From a phage, in the sequence record PV730299.1: 64,000 nucleotides of DNA; one strand, given 5' to 3'. How positions within the stretch are numbered: the first letter of the stretch is position 1; every line of letters starts with the position of its first letter. Made by a program: the position numbers and the translations under genes. Shown piece after piece: positions 63,435 through 64,000 of this stretch. The notes under the pieces were generated by a model. The model had not been told where the DNA came from. It ran no database searches and was given only the letters and a program-made list of their open reading frames with translations.

Positions 63435-64000
63435 TTCTCACCCTTGTATCTTTTTAACCATTTGACGCATTTTAATGGTTCCCACCCTTTATTGAAACGT
63501 TCGATTATCCCACTGGTGGCATTAAACGCCTTCAGATCTTTTGTTCCGTACACATGCATGAGGGCTTCTGAACGTTTCATCGTTTTCAGGGCTTCAAGGA
63601 ATTGATCAGCTTTCTCCCAATATACGTCATTGTCGGGGTTCCATTTACCCTTCTCCCAAGGCATCTTAGCCAACATGCCTTTCTGAGCGTTTTCTTTCTG
63701 TTTGGCGCGTTGCTCTGGTGTGAATGAGTTGGTTAAGTCCTTCCCATAATTGGGATTGAGTTCCCCCAGTTTAGCTTTCCTGGCACATTCAGAAAATTGT
63801 TCTAAATCCATGTTGGCGCGGCGTTTCTCTAAAACCCGCCTTTTATATTCAGGATCAGAAGCCATCCTTTCATGGATTTTCATCAATCCTTTGGTAATTT
63901 TCTTGACTTGCTCTGGGGTTCTCTTATACCCATATTGGGGATTATTCTTTCCTCTTCTCCCATACATTGGGTTGTCTTTACCCACAAACCGAGAAACCCC
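63431..64000 (-). mobile_element. homing endonuclease-like gene, C-terminal NUMOD3 DNA-binding region (N-terminus beyond window edge)
   Basis: Tandem NUMOD3-like motifs (GKDNPMYGRRGKNNPQYGYKRTPEQ) typical of GIY-YIG/HNH homing endonuclease DNA-binding domains; reading frame continues to window end; catalytic domain not visible. Confidence 0.45.

Noticed and set aside
1-64000. CRISPR array, rRNA, integrase/attachment site or prophage boundary
   Set aside because: No direct-repeat/spacer array, no rRNA-like conserved blocks, no tyrosine/serine recombinase ORF; gene content is uniformly phage-like throughout

Overview
This window looks like a densely coding (>90%) segment of a large virulent tailed phage (myovirus-type) with a T4-like replication/recombination core, not bacterial chromosome. 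I call about 85 protein-coding genes, mostly on the minus strand. Recognisable products: ATP-dependent DNA ligase, DnaB-family helicase, UvsX recombinase, gp32-like SSB, primase, RNase H, SbcC/SbcD-like nuclease pair, a gp55-like late sigma factor candidate, DinG/XPD-like Fe-S helicase, HU, class Ia ribonucleotide reductase (NrdA, NrdB, NrdH-like redoxin), PhoH, dNMP kinase, and a thymidylate-synthase-family enzyme next to a P-loop kinase. There is also a NAMPT-family/Prs-family pair (NARP1-like NAD+ reconstitution), lysis enzymes, and plus-strand structural islands (tape-measure-like protein, gp19/gp54-family tube protein, gp5-like spike with a CHAP domain, gp25-like wedge). I found no rRNA, tRNA or CRISPR array by eye. 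Many intergenic GC hairpins followed by T-runs look like intrinsic terminators, and several T4-type late-promoter-like TATAAATA boxes sit 25-35 nt upstream of structural/lysis genes. The most interesting items are an ACP-like protein lacking the phosphopantetheinyl serine next to a 733-aa vWA protein, a candidate pyrimidine-modification operon, a cluster of secreted proteins with a ParB-like nuclease-domain protein, and several large ORFans. All calls rest on reading the sequence and the ORF translations; no database search was run. Small-motif coordinates are approximate (about +/-2 nt). Several ORF-track entries begin with non-ATG codons, so I moved some starts to an internal ATG with a Shine-Dalgarno sequence.
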